This document shows, in pieces, positions 36,420 through 48,654 of a stretch of 64,000 nucleotides of DNA. Source of the DNA: Antedon mediterranea (Eukaryota; Animalia; Echinodermata). Under the pieces are notes generated by a model. That model saw only the letters and a list, made by a program, of their open reading frames with translations, made no database searches and had not been told where the DNA came from. The position numbers and the translations under genes are program-made. Numbering within the stretch: position 1 is the first letter of the stretch; every line of letters starts with the position of its first letter. The stretch is taken from NCBI RefSeq assembly GCF_964355755.1, contig NC_092680.1, positions 12,347,045 through 12,411,044 on the forward strand, in the 5' to 3' direction.

Positions 36420-37026
36420 TTAACTCAATAATAAACAAGAAATATTTCTTACAAAAAACGCTGCTCGCTTATTGAAAAATATTTTTTATTTCAAATGTTT
36501 TTGAATGTGTCATTTTATTGTCACATAATAGTTTTTGACCTGAAAAAAAATGTAATTGAAAGCAACAAATACTTAAATGGTTTTTTGGTTTCTTTTCTCT
36601 TTTTATGTGGATAAATATTATTTTTTTGTTACAGAAGTGAATACTCAATTTCTGTCACTTTAGTTAATTTTATTGCTAAGGTCACTTCATCACCCTAGAT
36701 ATTTCAAGTGTGAAGTATCCTATTACAAACACAAACTTTAATGGACTGTTTCGATAATAATTCAATGAATATCTGACAGTGAATCACAGTCAAAAGTCAT
36801 AGATACCAGAAATGCTTTGGGATTTGTAATTTTAGTATGACATGTCCTAATAGACTCTTTTCCCAGACGTTTTTGGGGTGTACAGTAGCAGCTGAAAATC
36901 TATAAATTATAGTGGAGTTTCCATTTTCTCAAAACTGTCGTCCTTAGAACTATAACTTCTGCTTGCTTTAGCTTCTGATTGAGTAGTCCTAATGGGACGT
37001 AGCGGGCTAGAGCAGCAGCGTGAAAA
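36420..37026 (-). mobile_element. Interspersed repeat also present, inverted, in tektin intron 1
   Basis: Reverse complement of 60388-60544 plus 61562-61860. Shared blocks: AAACAAGAAATATTTCTTACAAAAAACGCTGCTCGCTTATTGA, CATTTTATTGTCACATAATAGT, AATAGACTCTTT..CCCAGACGTTTTT, TAGCGGGCTA.AGCAGCAG.GTGAAAA. Confidence 0.8.
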
Positions 37027-37383
37027 AAGCTTGCTTCCTAAAGCTTAATGGTTCCCACTAGAACGTAACGCAATGACGTAAACGCAACGCAAGCGTTTTA
37101 ACCAATGACAAGCGAAGTTATAGACAGTTAGCAATCACAAGCGAATAAGCCATCGCTTGTGATTGGTCAATTCACTTGCGTTGCGTTACGTCCTTGTGTT
37201 GCGTCGCTAGTTGGAACCAGGCTTTAACGCAACCTACGCAACGTAAAAAAATGCCCTTCCAATAATTGTGTTTGCCCCCGCCTGCGTGAAATCAAACCTG
37301 CGATGTTAGCCGCACTATTGCGTCGTCTGTTCCCACTTGTGATTACGCAATACAGCACAGCGTCGATACGTAGCTTGCGTTGA
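37027..37383. mobile_element. Nested Harbinger-type MITEs (subtype A inside subtype B), inverted relative to the 34.8-35.2 kb copies
   Basis: 37049-37224 is a near-identical reverse complement of 34847-35018. 37227-37348 is the reverse complement of about 35063-35188. Confidence 0.85.
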
Positions 37384-37673
37384 GCAAAAAGATGAATGTT
37401 ATTGTAGGAAAGATTTTATAAAGAAGTAAGTTTAATTTATATTTTAGAAAGCCGCAGAGAATGATGGTATGTGAGTTTGGAGTCCTGGAACTGTGCATAA
37501 AATTGAATTGGGTAACACTGGGTACAAGCAAACGTAAACAGCTTTCGATAACAATCATCATCGAATGATTTATAACATTCTTCCGTGATGTGACACAGCG
37601 GTGGTAAATCAACGCCCACTACCTGCACGTCTTCACTCATTAGAAAGACATGGAACATTAATAAAGTGCGGTT

Positions 37674-37704
<31 letters not shown>

Positions 37705-37903
37705 CTGAAACATTGATAAAGCGCAGTTTTGAAGAAAGAAAAAAGGAAATAGAGGAAGAAAGAAAGAAAGGTACTGCTACTGCTGCTTTTGGACGTATTG
37801 ACATGCCTAGCACGTAAGCCATGTTAGAACGTGTTTATGAAGTTAACGGTCACGCCAACGAACATGTCGCTGTCTTTAAAATGAATTGTAATATATTACT
37901 TTA

Positions 37904-38889
37904 GGGTATGTTTAGACCTACGGAGTTATGCTTTCGTATCACAGCCAAGGTCATATTTTAATGAGCGTCGTAAGAGCAAAGTGTTCAGATTCATTGCAAC
38001 GAAGTTGCGTTACAAACGGATATGATGTCACTCGCTGGCGATTAACCAAACTCTAACACACGCATAGACCTTCGTTGTTATTAAAAGTAGTAGTGGTTGG
38101 TTTAGGAGTTACAGGCCTAGACCGAACACTTGGGCTCGGTATTATGATTGGTTGTCAGGCATACCAACCAGCCGATCGTTTTGGGGTTTGGGTTTATATT
38201 TGGTCTATGACCTAAAATATCATTTATGGCAGAAAAATGTTCAAATCCCGTACTTGCACCGGCTCCAGATTTATTTACTCGGTCTTTCGCCGCTTTATAT
38301 GACGACCCCTTCAATTTCGTTTGGATATTAAATCCTTCTTTATGAGGATGGCCCATCTGCTAACGTGTCCGCCATCTCGTTGAACACAGACATCTTGTTG
38401 TCGGTGCTTTTACGCCAGTTTTTCACTTCCAACCGATCTCTGAACTCAGGGCTTCCCCACAATGAAATAAGGTATTTTACTTCGGTTTCTCGCCAATGCA
38501 CACGCTTCGATGACATTTTAAATTAATTAATATAGATAATATTAATAATAATACTGTATAGTGTAACAACAAAAGGTATGATTTTTTCGCACGTTCACCG
38601 ATCACAACAAATGGATCAGCTTGGCTATACGATGAGGAGCACATGTCACGATGTGATGTGGCGAATATTGTAATTTGATTGGCTAGATATCTAACCTAGG
38701 TCATATTCATCGATGCGTGACTTTCGTATTGTAAGCGACGTCCACTAAACTCATACCTTGAGCTTTCGTAGCGTACGAAATATCAGTGTCGTACGAGGTG
38801 GCTTCCACTAATCTTTTCCTGGTTCAGACCTATGGACTTGTACGCCGCGTACAATACGAAAGCATATCTCCGTAGGTCTGAACAGGCCC
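37904..38889. mobile_element. PIF/Harbinger deletion-derivative transposon
   Basis: TTA|GGGTATGTTTAGACCTACGGAGTTATGCTTTCGTAT ... ATACGAAAGCATATCTCCGTAGGTCTGAACAGGCCC|TTA. About 36-bp TIR, 3-bp TTA TSD and an internal Myb/SANT ORF. Confidence 0.9.
38117..38516 (-). pseudogene. Myb/SANT-like (trihelix) DNA-binding protein of the Harbinger element, frameshifted
   Basis: ATG at 38516 gives MSSKRVHWRETEVKYLISLWGS...VFNEMADTLA. After a frameshift near 38357 it continues MGHPHKEGFNIQTKLK..SYKAAKD..NKSGAG...FEHFSAINDILGHRP, the pattern of Myb_DNA-bind_4-type domains. Confidence 0.85.
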
Positions 38890-39172
38890 TTATTAATTGA
38901 TAAATAAAAATTGATTGGAAATAATAATAATACCGCTGCATTATAAATTAGTAATTGAAATGATATGTTTTTATGTCGTCACGTCAATGCGTACGCGTAC
39001 GTAATAAATAAGGTTAATTTATCGGTTTCACATATGAATAATCTTCATGGCAACACTTAATTTAATTTTGAAATTGTTTGCAGTTGGTCTTTCCTTACAT
39101 AGTATATATGTGTTTGTTTTTAAATTTGGCAGAAATTTGAATTATAAATTATTATAGGCCTAGTCGTCGTTA

Positions 39173-39327
39173 AGCTCTGTCTACACTATCAAACTAGTTT
39201 GACAAAAAGAGTGTGATGTGCCTAAATATGGTAGTGATATACCCAAATATGATATGACATCATCATGTCCATATATGGGCACATCACATTTGTTTGTCAC
39301 ATAAAGTTTGATAGTGTAGCCAGAGCT
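39173..39327. mobile_element. 155-bp Harbinger-type MITE
   Basis: TTA|AGCTCTGTCTACACTATCAAACT ... AGTTTGATAGTGTAGCCAGAGCT|TTA. Confidence 0.9.
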
Positions 39328-39904
39328 TTAGACATCGCGCAAGCAGTGTAGATGCGTATGCAGTGTAGATGCGCAAGCAGTGTAGATGCGTATGTGAAAA
39401 GTTTCTTTTTGAATACAAACAGAACAATATATTTACCTTTGACGTCAAAATCTCCTAGGATATGTCACTTAATTGTTTTTATAAGGTAAATATTATCTAT
39501 AAAAAATGTAATGGAAACATTTTATGTATATTATTTTAATGATCATCTGAAGACATTTTTATTTTTAATACCAATTTTTATTCTAGAGAAACTGGGTTAA
39601 GATGTCATTTACTATTCTCCTAAATTAAGATAGGTCTTAAAAAGAAAGTTGACATTCACTGGCTGTAACTTTTGACTTTGATAATAAAACTAATATCTAT
39701 CTTCAACGTTTTTACTCTTTGGAATCCAATACAAGTGCACAGTGTTGGTTAGCTGTACTTTCGCACGCATGCGTATAGATTTCTGAATTTTTAAACCGCA
39801 GTAACCACGGACATCGAAACTTACGCCATAAAAAGGAGTTTCAGAGTTATTTTTAGGTGAAGATTATTTGCCACAATCAGTTTTTACAGCGATTTACATG
39901 TAAG

Positions 39905-40157
39905 ACGTGTGGCGCATTGTGTTGGATCGACTACTACTGCTTATATACTTAGGCAAGATACTTTACTTACGTTTGCTTCTCTCCGCCCAGGTGTATAAAT
40001 GGGAACCCGGTTAGATCAAGATACAACTTTGCGCTGATTACTAGCTGCATTATTGATTTTTAAAAATGACTGGGGTAATAATGTTCAGCGCTTAGAGGTT
40101 TCACAACATTAGGCGCTATATAAATCCATGATATTTATTATTAATTATTATTATTAT
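39905..40157 (+). mobile_element. SINE remnant with conserved central domain (CORE/Meta-type) and L2-like 3' tail
   Basis: CTTAGGCAAGATACTTTAC...TCTCTCCGCCCAGGTGTATAAATGGG central motif, a 3' hairpin AGCGCTTA...TAGGCGCTATATAAAT and an (ATT)n tail. Confidence 0.75.
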
Positions 40158-40850
40158 GATGGGTGGAGAAGCCCTGCCCTGGCTCTGCGCATTCTAGCTT
40201 TACTACTTGAAAACACGTAATGATTTATTTAATTCATATCATGCATGTAGGTATTTATACCCCCACATGCATTATGCATTCATTTCATTCCAATGATTGC
40301 TCAACAATCCCATGGAAGATTTCTGGTTACATCCGGGACCTGTCTCTAACTAGGAAACCAAATCACACAGTATTATAGTGTAGACATGCTTTTATTTACA
40401 ACAGTGCCATCCCAATTGCCTGTTTCCAGGTCTCGTAATTGGTGCGTCACGTTTGCTTTGGGATGTGTGTGCGGTGAAATATATCAGTAATACGAACAAT
40501 ACCGATACTATATTATACCAGAAGTTCCAATGCATAATTTCAGATAAAATTATATGAGTTGTATACTTTAAATAAAGAGACAATGTGTCGTATTCGTTCC
40601 TTTATAATATGGAGTTCGTATTTTTTATCTAAAATATCATGTTATTGATATTGGTATACCTATACTTTCCGAGGCGCATTTGGTGTCGATTCTTTGCCAA
40701 GAGTAGGAGGGTTTGTCCTGTCACATTATCGTAATATCATGATCGAAATCCCAAAAAGCATAACCAGGTGATGTTAGAAAGTAATGTAGCCTTGCCTCTG
40801 TACGAATCACTACACTATCAGTGTAATTTTAAGCATCGGCGCGTTCCACC

Positions 40851-41159
40851 TACGAAAAGCCCAGACAAAACGTAACGTATCAGAAAAACGTAACGTATAC
40901 GAAAAAAAAGAACGTATATGCAAAAATGTAACGTATACGCAAAAACGTAACGTATGCGAAAAATGTAACGTAGGCCTATACGAAAAAACGTAATGTATAC
41001 GCAAAAACGTAACGTATGCGAAAAAATGTAACGTATATGAAAAATTGAACTTATATGCAAAAACGTAACGTATACGAAAACATTTAACGTATACGAAAAA
41101 ATTTAACGCATACGTAAACACGTACTGTATACGCAAAAATGTAATGTATACGCTTCATA
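40851..41159. repeat. Minisatellite, about 20-bp unit (AAAACGTAACGTATACGAAA), about 14 copies; possibly the interior of a small TIR element
   Basis: Direct repeats are visible. The termini TACGAAAAGC... / ...CGCTTCATA are weakly inverted. Confidence 0.88.
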
Positions 41160-41271
41160 CGGCGGCACATGCTGAATTTTACCAATCAGGACGCGATAGA
41201 GTAGCAGGGCCAAACTGTTACTTGTGATGTCGACTCACTTGCGTTATGCGTGCGCCATTGCGTTGTGTGAG

Positions 41272-41414
41272 TTTAGTTTGACAAAAAAAAAGTGTGATGT
41301 GCCTAAATATGGTGGTGATATGTCTAAATATGGTAGTGATATGACATCATCATGTCCATATATGGACACATCATATGTTTTTGTCACATCAAGTTTGATA
41401 GTGTAGACAGAGCT
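41272..41414 (+). mobile_element. 5'-truncated copy of the 39173-39327 MITE
   Basis: TAGTTTGACAAAAA..GTGTGATGTGCCTAAATATGGT ... AGTTTGATAGTGTAGACAGAGCT|TTA. Confidence 0.88.
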
Positions 41415-42364
41415 TTACACATCCGCCAAAGTATGCCCAGATAAAAAGTTAGTTTCATTATGGAAATTAATAAGTAAATACTAAATGAAAACAATTTTAT
41501 CCGGAAGGCTTTAGAAAAAACAATTAAGTGAACGAAACGAACGTGGTTATTATAAAAGATTTTGTTCAATGCTCCATTGAAACAGTAGATAAAAGACTGC
41601 TAGTGAGTGTGCTGTAATAATCAGGATATGCAGGTTACTCACAAGAGGCAAGGTTAATTCTTATTGATTCTCCAGATGTGCAATATTAAAGTATACGCTT
41701 AAGATTTCCATTTATTAATTGATCAATGTTAATAAATAAAAATATAGCCTATTACAACGAACCTTTCCAATTCACAGTGATTGTTAAAATGAGAATATTA
41801 TAGTCATAGCTTATGAAATATTTAGTATGCAATGTAAATCATCAACTGGAATCAAATTCATTAATTTTAATAGGAAATCGTCTTCGATCGACAAAAGCGT
41901 GCGTGCGTGCGCGTACTATAATCATCCATCACGTCGTGATTGGTCAAGTTAATTGCGTTACGCTAACGTCTTGCATTGCGTCCTATTGGGAACCAAGTTT
42001 TATTAAAATAATTTCGATTTTACCCTCAACAACGAACGATAATGTTAACATTTTTGCTGTAAGGGAATCATACCCTAGAGTAGTCTATTGATATATTATT
42101 AAGTTAATATGAAAAGGTTCACGTTGTAACTTTTCATTCAATATAAATAATATAAACACATGGGAGATGAATGCTTATAATATTCACACACGAATGACAA
42201 AGTAAAAATATAGATTTAATATCGATTAGATGTTGCTTTAGAGATACTACTTACTCTAATGAGTTTGTTGCCAGTAATTGAATTAGTTAACTGTTTAATT
42301 TAAAGTTAAACTATCTATATATATATACTGTATATATATTTGTGTTCAAAGTCTTGAGAGACAG

Positions 42365-42430
42365 ATGATCAGAAATTACCTCCGAATCGCTTCATTAACG
42401 TACTTGCCTCATCAACAACGTACGAGGTTT
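42365..42430 (+). CDS. Candidate first coding exon of GPCR-1 (MIRNYLRIASLTYLPHQQRTRF)
   Basis: ATG plus 21 further codons end exactly at a GTAAGT donor in phase 0, matching the phase-0 acceptor at 44901. A TA-rich TATA-like tract lies about 40 bp upstream. Unverified. Confidence 0.35.
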
Positions 42431-43905
42431 GTAAGTTTACTGTAATGCTTCTTTCACGTATGCTGTGTCAGCTTTTCATGTAACGTTTCCTTCTTATACA
42501 AAGAAAACTTTAGATTGTGACAGATACCATAGCGATGTGAAAAGGAAATTCCACTGGTACGTGTCGACATGTTAGGGCTATATCTCTCGTGAAGCGTAAA
42601 TATTACAGTTTTACATCTCCCGGAGTAAATACAAACGGCCTATAACTTTCATACATACAGCTGGGCATTGTCGGACTCATGTTATTATGTTATGAGAGTG
42701 ACAAATAAAACAAAGTATTTACACACATTACTTCACATAGGCGTAGGCCTAATTTCATGATTATGCACATCTATTACTAATATTAAACATTGGAATCCAG
42801 TTCATCTTCATTAACCTTGCTTGAGTTCTTGAGTTTGCAGTAATCGTGACTTCTTTGGTAGGCATAGTATTTTGGTGTCATTTCATAAGGGCTTTTTGTG
42901 TCACGTTCGTCTACTTTACATTACTGTATACTATTGATTATTATATTTATTCCAATCAATAATCAATCGATGTGTAAAAACGACAGTATAATATTTAATA
43001 ATCGAGCATTCCTGCGCGTTCTTGTTGGTTGCGCACTTTGTCGCATTGCAAAAATTAGACGTAAAATACACATAAAGCACGTTTCCGAGCCTGTAAAAAC
43101 AGGCTATGTAAATTATATGGCAAGTATGTATGATGTATACGGTGTATACCTGCCACTAAAATCGATAAACTAAAATCGATATCCATCGATTACTCGTCTC
43201 ATGTTACGACCAGATTTTCCGATATGTCTTATGTATACGCTATAATGTTTCGGCATCGCGTTTCTGTGAATATGTGTGTATTGGTCTATTGGGTTATAAA
43301 ACAAACAGATTCATTATATTTTAGTGCTATCAAAAAGTAGTGAGGTTTGTGACGTGACATACTTTTGTATTTGTTTGAACACTGGCGCTTTTTAAAGTCG
43401 TCATATGTTATATAACATGGTATATTGCTTCAATTTGCACATTATAATCGGTACAATATTTTCAAGAAATTACAGTAATAGTATACCTTATAATATACAG
43501 TAGTAAAATTGAATAACAACTTTAATTTTGTACAGAGTAAGTGCATTTATTTGATGGATGCGACTGTCATTCACAGATGAAAGCAAACGATTTAGGAACA
43601 GAAATCTTTAAAATGATTTATTTTCTTCTCTATCGCGTGCCATTGCTGCCTAAATAGATGATACGTGTTAGAATCAACTTCAAGTTTAAGTAGTCACTAT
43701 CTATCGATTCCAATAACACATTACATGATACAAAATAGTATTATTCCTAATGTTTTGTCGATACTAATGAATATTGCAAATTCTGAAATTATTTCAGAAG
43801 AAACTGAATTAAAAGCTTTTGATTTGCGACGACCAAGATTAGGACCTTATGACGAATGTATTGAACGCGTTGCGTTTTGGTTTGGCAATTTTGCATGTCA
43901 AGTCG

Positions 43906-44062
43906 TAGACTTGCCCCAAGTCTGTAGTTATTTTAGGGCTTGTCGATGTTTATCTAAAAGGTCTGAAATACAAGCTCAAATAGTATACGTATGAAATGTG
44001 CCAAAATATTTATCTTTTACTAATACAGTATTAAGTCCAAACTCCGTCTGGAACCCAAACTA
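43906..44062 (-). mobile_element. MITE of about 160 bp with TAG...CTA termini (Academ-like), copy 1
   Basis: Reverse complement of 48483-48654 (TAGACTTGCCC.AAGTCTGTA, ACAAGCTCAA, CTCCGTCTGGAACCCA.ACTA). Confidence 0.7.
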
Positions 44063-44901
44063 GTCAAGTTGTCGCTCGTCGTCGTCGATTCTGGTCATGT
44101 CGTCCATGTGGTGACGACACACAGTCGTCGCGAAAACAACTCCAAAGAATCTTGGTACCGTGTGATGAGAGTTCAAAACTTTCCTAAATGTCTTAAATAT
44201 TTTACAGGCTGTTCTAGGCCTAAGTAAAAAAATTTAAAATATATATCAATCTTATATGTTAAGATTTCATTCACATTTCAAATTTTTCCGATACCGTTAG
44301 TATTCATTCACACATCATTTAAATATCAATAGGACTCTAACTGACAGCAATTACAGAATATTCTGTTGCTAAAAGCTAAGCTTGTGTTCACATTTCCGTA
44401 AGCAGGATAAAGTAATTGCTTATTTTTCACCGTTTATACTTTAATGTGGCAGTACTTTAAAATCCATATATTTTCATTTTTTAGGTTTATGTCTTATGCA
44501 CGTACTTATTAAGTACGTGCATAAGACTATCATGCAAACATTGTTTTTAAAATTTAATTTGATTACTTTTCTAGCACCTGTTTTCTAAATTAGTTTACAA
44601 TATCGTTTACAAACCAACTTAGCAAATCCAGTGCAAACGTTTTACAACGTTATCGTGCAAAAAAAACGATGTCTATTTTTCAAGTAACAAACAAATAAAC
44701 AGAGTGGATGATCGCATAGGTAATATTTTGCATTGCGCTTAAGCAGACTCCAAATGCACTGTAAATACATTTCAAGTAGTAAAACAGGAAATGAAAAAAG
44801 ATTGTTTGGAAAAAAGTCCACTTATCTAATATTTCTCGGCAATTCATTATGTTAATTTTAAATTTTAAACGTAACGTAAGATCTTGTTTCTTCTTTTTCA
44901 G

Positions 44902-46017
44902 AATGATACAGACTACGTAGGTTACTTTTCATTTGATTCCGAATATTTCGATTTCGAAATTACAGAGAATAAACACCCCGGTGATTATGTTATTGTAGCA
45001 TTTGCTGCATTTGGGATATTTCTGAATATGTTTGTAATCATCCAGCACCGCTACATGGCCATACACAACCCGAACACTAACAGTTACCGTTACTTTTTTG
45101 TAAATGCCTGTTCTGTTAGCTCAGTAATTTTCTTGTTGTTGTGTTATATCGTTCGCTATGTGACTCCTAACAGTAGTATCACCAACCCAACCATCTGCAA
45201 ATGTCTTAGTTCAATTGAGTTCATGTTCCAGTCCGTGATGGTGTACACGTTAGCGGCTCTGAGCGTGGACAGATACTGTATTGTCAAGACAATGATTCGA
45301 GAAAAAAGTTTCATCGCTCGAAATCGATATATGGTTATGGCATTCATTGTGTTTGCTTCGTTTCTCTTCACGGTACCAGTCATTATTAAAGCTGATATTA
45401 TGGATAAAAATTGTGTATTTCTTGATTATCATTCAACTTTTGCCAAATGTTATGAAATCAGTCGAGCATGCATTACATATCTTTTACCGGTAATCGTCAT
45501 AGCATATTTATATTCAACAATGGCATTCATTTTATTTCAAAGCCGAACAAATGAAACCGTTAAAAGTGTTACGAACTATAAAAGTCAGCTGGCCGCACGA
45601 AGTCGACTTGGAATCTCTGTTCTAGCCATCACTATTCTCTTCGCTGTCTGTTACTTCCCCAACACTCTCCACAGTGTATTGTACCAATTTTCGATGGATC
45701 ATCTAAAGATCGAAAAAGTTTGTTCGTGCTTAGCAAAGTTTAAAGATGTGTTTGTTCTTTGCTACGCATGCGTACATCCTATTGTTTTATTCGCCACCAA
45801 CCGTTCATACAGAAGGTTCGCTCGTAGCTTTGTTCACTGCAGATTCCACGACATGCTTAATGATAGACATGTAAATGCCACCGGTACAGCTGCTACACTT
45901 ACGTCTGAAACCGGTAGAACACTTGGAAAGCGAACTCTGACGCCAGGAACTCTTGTTGAAAGAGTCAAGTTAACGGATGTTTCTGTAAACAAACACGAAC
46001 CAGCAACAATGGTTTAA
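44902..46017 (+). CDS. Class A (rhodopsin-like) GPCR, divergent bombesin/GRP/CCHamide-receptor-like; main coding exon (GPCR-1)
   Basis: Seven hydrophobic segments: TM1 FGIFLN, Cys before TM3, TM3 VYTLAALSVDRY, TM5 YLLPVIVIAYLYSTMA, ICL3/TM6 QLAARSRL..VL....LFAVCYFP, TM7 HPIVLF. The ORF-track start is TTG inside a polypyrimidine tract ending in CAG (44901), i.e. a phase-0 splice acceptor. Confidence 0.92.
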   Translation, partial: NDTDYVGYFSFDSEYFDFEITENKHPGDYVIVAFAAFGIFLNMFVIIQHRYMAIHNPNTNSYRYFFVNACSVSSVIFLLLCYIVRYVTPNSSITNPTICKCLSSIEFMFQSVMVYTLAALSVDRYCIVKTMIREKSFIARNRYMVMAFIVFASFLFTVPVIIKADIMDKNCVFLDYHSTFAKCYEISRACITYLLPVIVIAYLYSTMAFILFQSRTNETVKSVTNYKSQLAARSRLGISVLAITILFAVCYFPNTLHSVLYQFSMDHLKIEKVCSCLAKFKDVFVLCYACVHPIVLFATNRSYRRFARSFVHCRFHDMLNDRHVNATGTAATLTSETGRTLGKRTLTPGTLVERVKLTDVSVNKHEPATMV

Positions 46018-46574
46018 GTTATCCTATTATTTAAAAAAAGTATGTAATGACGTCAAGGTAAAGTAAAATTAGAAGTTCATATATGAAAAACTTATGACCT
46101 TGATATAAAGAACATGACTTCCTGGTATGACTAGGCATTGTATAAAATCAGAATAGTCAGAAAAGAGCAAATACAGTGACAGACAGGCAGACATACAGGC
46201 AGACAGACACACAGATTGACAGATTTGCGATGACATAAATAGAAAGATTGAATGACCTGCTTTTGTTCAAATAATGTAATTGTTATTATAAACTGTATGC
46301 CTGTGTAGGTAATGTTGGGAAGTTTTCGCTATTAACGCTATTTCCAAACATGCAACACTTTGTAAACAAATCGATCTGCGCGTTATGCAAATGAGTAGAA
46401 TGTCATCATCATAACGTTTACGCGCTCCTGCGAAAACCCGCCCCCCTAAATACACCTGGCATGGGCAAGAGATGATATACTGACGGGCGTGAAAGTGGCG
46501 TTGTTTGCTACACCAGATTGTTAACTGTCGTACCATGCACAATGATTTGCATGTTAATATCAGTATTAGGCCAG

Positions 46575-46841
46575 CTAAAGTCAGGTTCCCACTTGGACGC
46601 AAAGCAAGAACGTAGCGCACGGAATTAATAATTTGACCAATAAATCACGAGGCGTCATGAATGATTTAACTGTCACTTTATCTACTGACTTGTGTGCGTT
46701 ACGCTAAACGTCGTGATTACCCAGCGTTGCTAATTGCGTTGCGCCCTAATTGCGTTGCTCCCTATTTGCGTTGCGTCTAATTGCCTAGCGTCCTAATTGC
46801 GTTGCGCCCTATTTGCGTTGCGTCCTAGTGTGAACCCAGCT
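46575..46841. mobile_element. Harbinger-type MITE (GGTTCCCACT family) with internal 17-bp tandem repeat
   Basis: TAAAGTCAGGTTCCCACT ... CTAGTGTGAACCCAGCTTAA. Internal (TTGCGTTGCGCCCTAA/T)n at about 46725-46826. Confidence 0.7.
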
Positions 46842-48482
46842 TAAAAACTTTCAACGTACAATATATACCGTATTTTTATTTATTATTTTATTTTATTCAT
46901 TTCGGCAATAAACATAAAATAATAGTTACAAAAACATAGAAAAATAAATATATATGAAGGACAAGACACGAAGCCGAGGAGAGACAAAAGCATTAAACAA
47001 AACGCTGTCACCGGTAAGGTGTGTCACTCCAACAAAACCTATAGCGAACGTGAGAATGTATTATTAATGTCGTGTCAAATGTTTCTGTCATAAAATAACA
47101 ACAAAAAAGTAAATGATAATTACGAAGAATAAATGTGAGAATGAGAATCTTACCAGTATCGGTAGTTTGAACAATATTAAACGAAGATACAAAGATAAAT
47201 TAGAAATACAGTGTAAATTAAAGCCTTTAAATAGTGTTTCAATTTCATTTGATAAAAGATACAGTAGGCCTACATGAGACAAGCTAAAACGATTGAAAAT
47301 CTAGGAACCTCAGAGACATAGTAATAAGTCCAACACGCAAAAACTATTTGAAGGGACACTGGTAGGAACCAAACTTAAATTTACAGTTATACTAAATGAA
47401 TTAAATTAAGCTTGATGTATAATTATAGAACGGAAGTAAAACTATTGTAAAAATAACAACATTTTGTGGTATAAATAATTGATAATTGTGTTGTTGATAA
47501 GTGAAGTCGCAAAGTGAAAATGTCGTGAAAAATAACATACAAACACACACACAAATTACTTAGTACAGTATACATTTTCTGATCTCGTCTGATTGTAACT
47601 AAAATATTGCAGGCATTGTGTATATATTCTCGCTACTGCATGAGTGTTATTAATGTAAATATTGTAGACCTATTCATTTTACTTTCTCAGATTTTTTATT
47701 TTTTCGAACATAATAATTCAGGTTGTTGCTATTTTATAATAAACAGATTACTATTAGTTTAAAATTCAATATTTTAGAATATATATATTTAATAAAGTTA
47801 TTTTTTATAATTAAGTGTTCATCGTTCTCACGAAATTGAGGAAACGTCTATATGTCCCATGTGAAGGACGGGCAATGGGTATCTTGCATAATGGATACAA
47901 GCGATGTAGGTGGGAAGGGTTTCAAATCCTTGTAACAAAATCCAATCTCTGTTTTCTTGTCCAATTTCAATCAATCCTTTATTTCGGAATCTCTGGGTTC
48001 ATAGAAAATAACATTACATAATTAAGCACAAAAAAAAATAAAATAAAAAAGTCAATATGACGCTCTCTCACCTTATTATATCATTTTAATTTGTAATAAC
48101 TTACTTTCATTATTCGTGTTTTGTTTCAACAACTCTGCTGGTAAAGGTAGATGACATAAATATTTTATAACTTATATAGTATCCTTCCAGGTTGATTTAT
48201 ATATTATAATACTGTATATATGTTGTGTGGAAATACACGTGTTACAACTTACTAATTATAGGCTGAGTATTGTCTGATAGCCTTGCTGTGTGCTATAAGT
48301 ATTAAACCTTTGTGAAAGAATTAGAAATAAATATAAATTTATTAGAGTTTAAATTGTTTGATTGAACTTTATTTAAAACATTTCATCAGTTGCTTGTGTG
48401 TTGAATTATTGACTCAAAGAAATTATTTTATAGTCACATTATAATCTTATAAGACAATCCTAGCTGTAAATTAAAGTGTGTG

Positions 48483-48654
48483 TAGTCTGGGTTCCAGACG
48501 GAGATTTGACTACTTAATAATTAGTAAACAGATAAATAGTTGGGCACATATGGCGTTTCATACGCTAATTGAGCTTGTTTTCAGAAAAAAATCGAAACTT
48601 CGATTGGTGGACTAACAAAAAAAAGACAATAAATACAGACTTAGGGCAAGTCTA
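48483..48654 (+). mobile_element. MITE of about 170 bp with TAG...CTA termini (Academ-like), copy 2
   Basis: TAGTCTGGGTTCCAGACGGAG ... TACAGACTTAGGGCAAGTCTA; inverted homolog of 43906-44062. Confidence 0.7.

Noticed and set aside
40810-41136. Hydrophobic repeat ORFs
   Set aside because: They are translations of the 20-bp minisatellite.
43665-43994. 109-aa ORF upstream of GPCR-1
   Set aside because: It has a GTG start, no domain signature, and runs into a MITE.
44884-44901. ORF-track N-termini of the GPCRs (also 54830-54835)
   Set aside because: These are TTG starts inside splice-acceptor tracts and are probably intronic.
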